A program made the position numbers and the translations under genes. Below the pieces are notes generated by a model, which ran no database searches, was not told the origin of the DNA, and saw only the letters and a program-made list of their open reading frames with translations. A stretch of 8,619 bases of DNA, taken from contig NW_021828381.1 in the NCBI RefSeq assembly GCF_006345805.1, positions 1-8,619 on the forward strand, in the 5' to 3' direction. This DNA comes from Octopus sinensis. Its lineage: Eukaryota. Below are positions 7,784 to 8,619 of this stretch, in pieces (the first letter of the stretch is position 1; every line of letters starts with the position of its first letter).

Positions 7784-7820
7784 TCTCTGTTTCCAATAAA
7801 ACTTCCTATTCCTATTCCTA
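7784..7820 (+). other. E2 3'-terminal motif: TCTCTGTTT, CAATAAAACTT and (TTCCTA)3 tail
   Basis: TCTCTGTTT at 7784-7792, AATAAA at 7795-7800, three perfect TTCCTA units at 7803-7820. Counterpart in E1 at 4333-4371. Confidence 0.8.
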
Positions 7821-7829
7821 GTATTTGTT

Positions 7830-8433
7830 TTAGTGGGTGAACAATCCTACACTTTGCCGATTATGCTTCGCAATGATAGGAAGAGCCAACATCGAAGGAT
7901 CAAAAAGCACCGTCGCTATGTACGCTTGGGTGCCACAAGCCAATTATCCCTGTGGTAACTTTTCTGTCACCTTTAACTTAAGCTTATAAAAGTAAAAGGA
8001 TCGATAGGCCACGCTTTCGCGCCTTGCATACGTACTGAACAATGCAAATAAGGTGAGCTTTTACCCTTTCGCGCTATGGTAGATTCTGTTCCACCTGAGC
8101 TCACCTTTGGACATCTGCTTTATTGTTTAGCAGATGTACCGCCCCAGCCAAACTCCCCAAATGACACTGTTTTCAGATCCGATCGACCCCGAACGGGCCT
8201 TACACTGCAAACTTTCCCATTAAGGAAGCACGGTATTACTGAATTAGTAGGAAGACGACTGAGGAAGTGGTCTTACATTGTCGCTGCGGAACAGCTCCCA
8301 CCTATACTATATCCCCAATGTCCTCCTACAATGCCAATCTAGAGTCCAAGCTCAACAGGGTCTTCTTTCCCCGCTGATTGTCACGGGCCCGTTACCCCGT
8401 CTGTGGTTTCGCTAGAGTGCTGATAGGGACAGT

Positions 8434-8464
<31 letters not shown>

Positions 8465-8475
8465 TCAATTAAATT

Positions 8476-8507
<32 letters not shown>
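7830..8507 (-). rRNA. 28S rRNA: Internal fragment of a eukaryotic LSU (28S/26S-type) rRNA gene, from the helix 69 loop to just beyond the A-loop; interrupted at both ends
   Basis: The minus strand reads TATGACTCTCTTAAGGTAGCCAAATGCCTCG...GAGATTCCCACTGTCCC...CAGCGGGGAAAGAAGACCCTGTTGAGCTT...GGGAGTTTGGCTGGGGCGG...CACAGGGATAA...TTTTTGATCCTTCGATG...GGATTGTTCACCCACTAA, all conserved eukaryotic LSU blocks. Confidence 0.97.
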
Positions 8508-8512
8508 TCATA

Positions 8513-8619
8513 TTAATTTGGAGCCTGATACTTTCCTCTACGTTTTCAATACGGTGATCCTACCGGGACTACTATACGGAAAAGAGGGATGGTACTTCTC
8601 TAAAAAGAAGGACACCATC
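8513..8619 (+). mobile_element. Third, heavily 5'-truncated copy of E2 (starts in the C-terminal part of ORF2, runs off the window)
   Basis: 8515-8619 is identical to 7376-7480 (105/105). The match extends to 8513 if one A is lost from TTAAATTT. Confidence 0.93.

Larger units (their letters stand above)
4372..7829 (+). mobile_element. Non-LTR retrotransposon E2, sister family of E1; 5'-truncated within ORF1, ORF2 open
   Basis: Same architecture as E1 with shared idiosyncratic peptides (SRAEATSL, DIGSDHLP, EEIPNIFAD, GRSCADC, PALSE, ALKLAY), but divergent DNA and visibly more AT-rich. Ends in AATAAA, (TTCCTA)3 and 9 extra nt at the rRNA junction. Confidence 0.95.

Noticed and set aside
7688-7829. 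Group I intron at the L2563 site
   Set aside because: The break is about 2 nt off the canonical site, no P/Q/R/S core or 3' exon is visible, and the segment matches E1's 3'-terminal motif on the opposite strand.
8076-8342. 88-aa + strand ORF
   Set aside because: Lies wholly antisense to conserved LSU rRNA; such ORFs are a well-known annotation artefact.
8410-8502. Classical R2, R1 or Pokey insertion
   Set aside because: The R2 site (TTAAGG/TAGCC), the TTAA and the R1-equivalent region are uninterrupted. The elements are antisense and lack R2's restriction-like endonuclease and R1-type RT motifs.

Overview
Eukaryotic window. An AT-rich flank (1-~720) is followed by a head-to-tail array of two related but clearly different APE-type non-LTR retrotransposons, both on the + strand. 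Each has a gag-like ORF1 with three CCHC knuckles and an APE-RT ORF2 with no RNase H or C-terminal CCHC; the motifs are I/Jockey-group-like rather than R1, R2 or Tx1. E1 (~726-4371) is 5'-truncated and carries at least six reading-frame lesions. E2 (~4372-7829) is 5'-truncated inside ORF1 but has an open 864-aa ORF2. E2's 3' end abuts a 678-bp fragment of a divergent LSU (28S-type) rRNA gene on the minus strand (7830-8507). This fragment is broken just past the A-loop (E. coli-equivalent ~2565) at one end and in the helix 69 loop (~1914/1915) at the other, where a third, heavily 5'-truncated E2 copy begins (105 bp identical to 7376-7480, running off the window). The most interesting reading is a possibly undescribed lineage of LINEs that targets LSU rDNA in antisense orientation, with short tandem tails resembling the target that may regenerate the insertion site. 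3' transduction of rDNA or an assembly chimera cannot be excluded from this window alone. The host taxon cannot be identified without a search.
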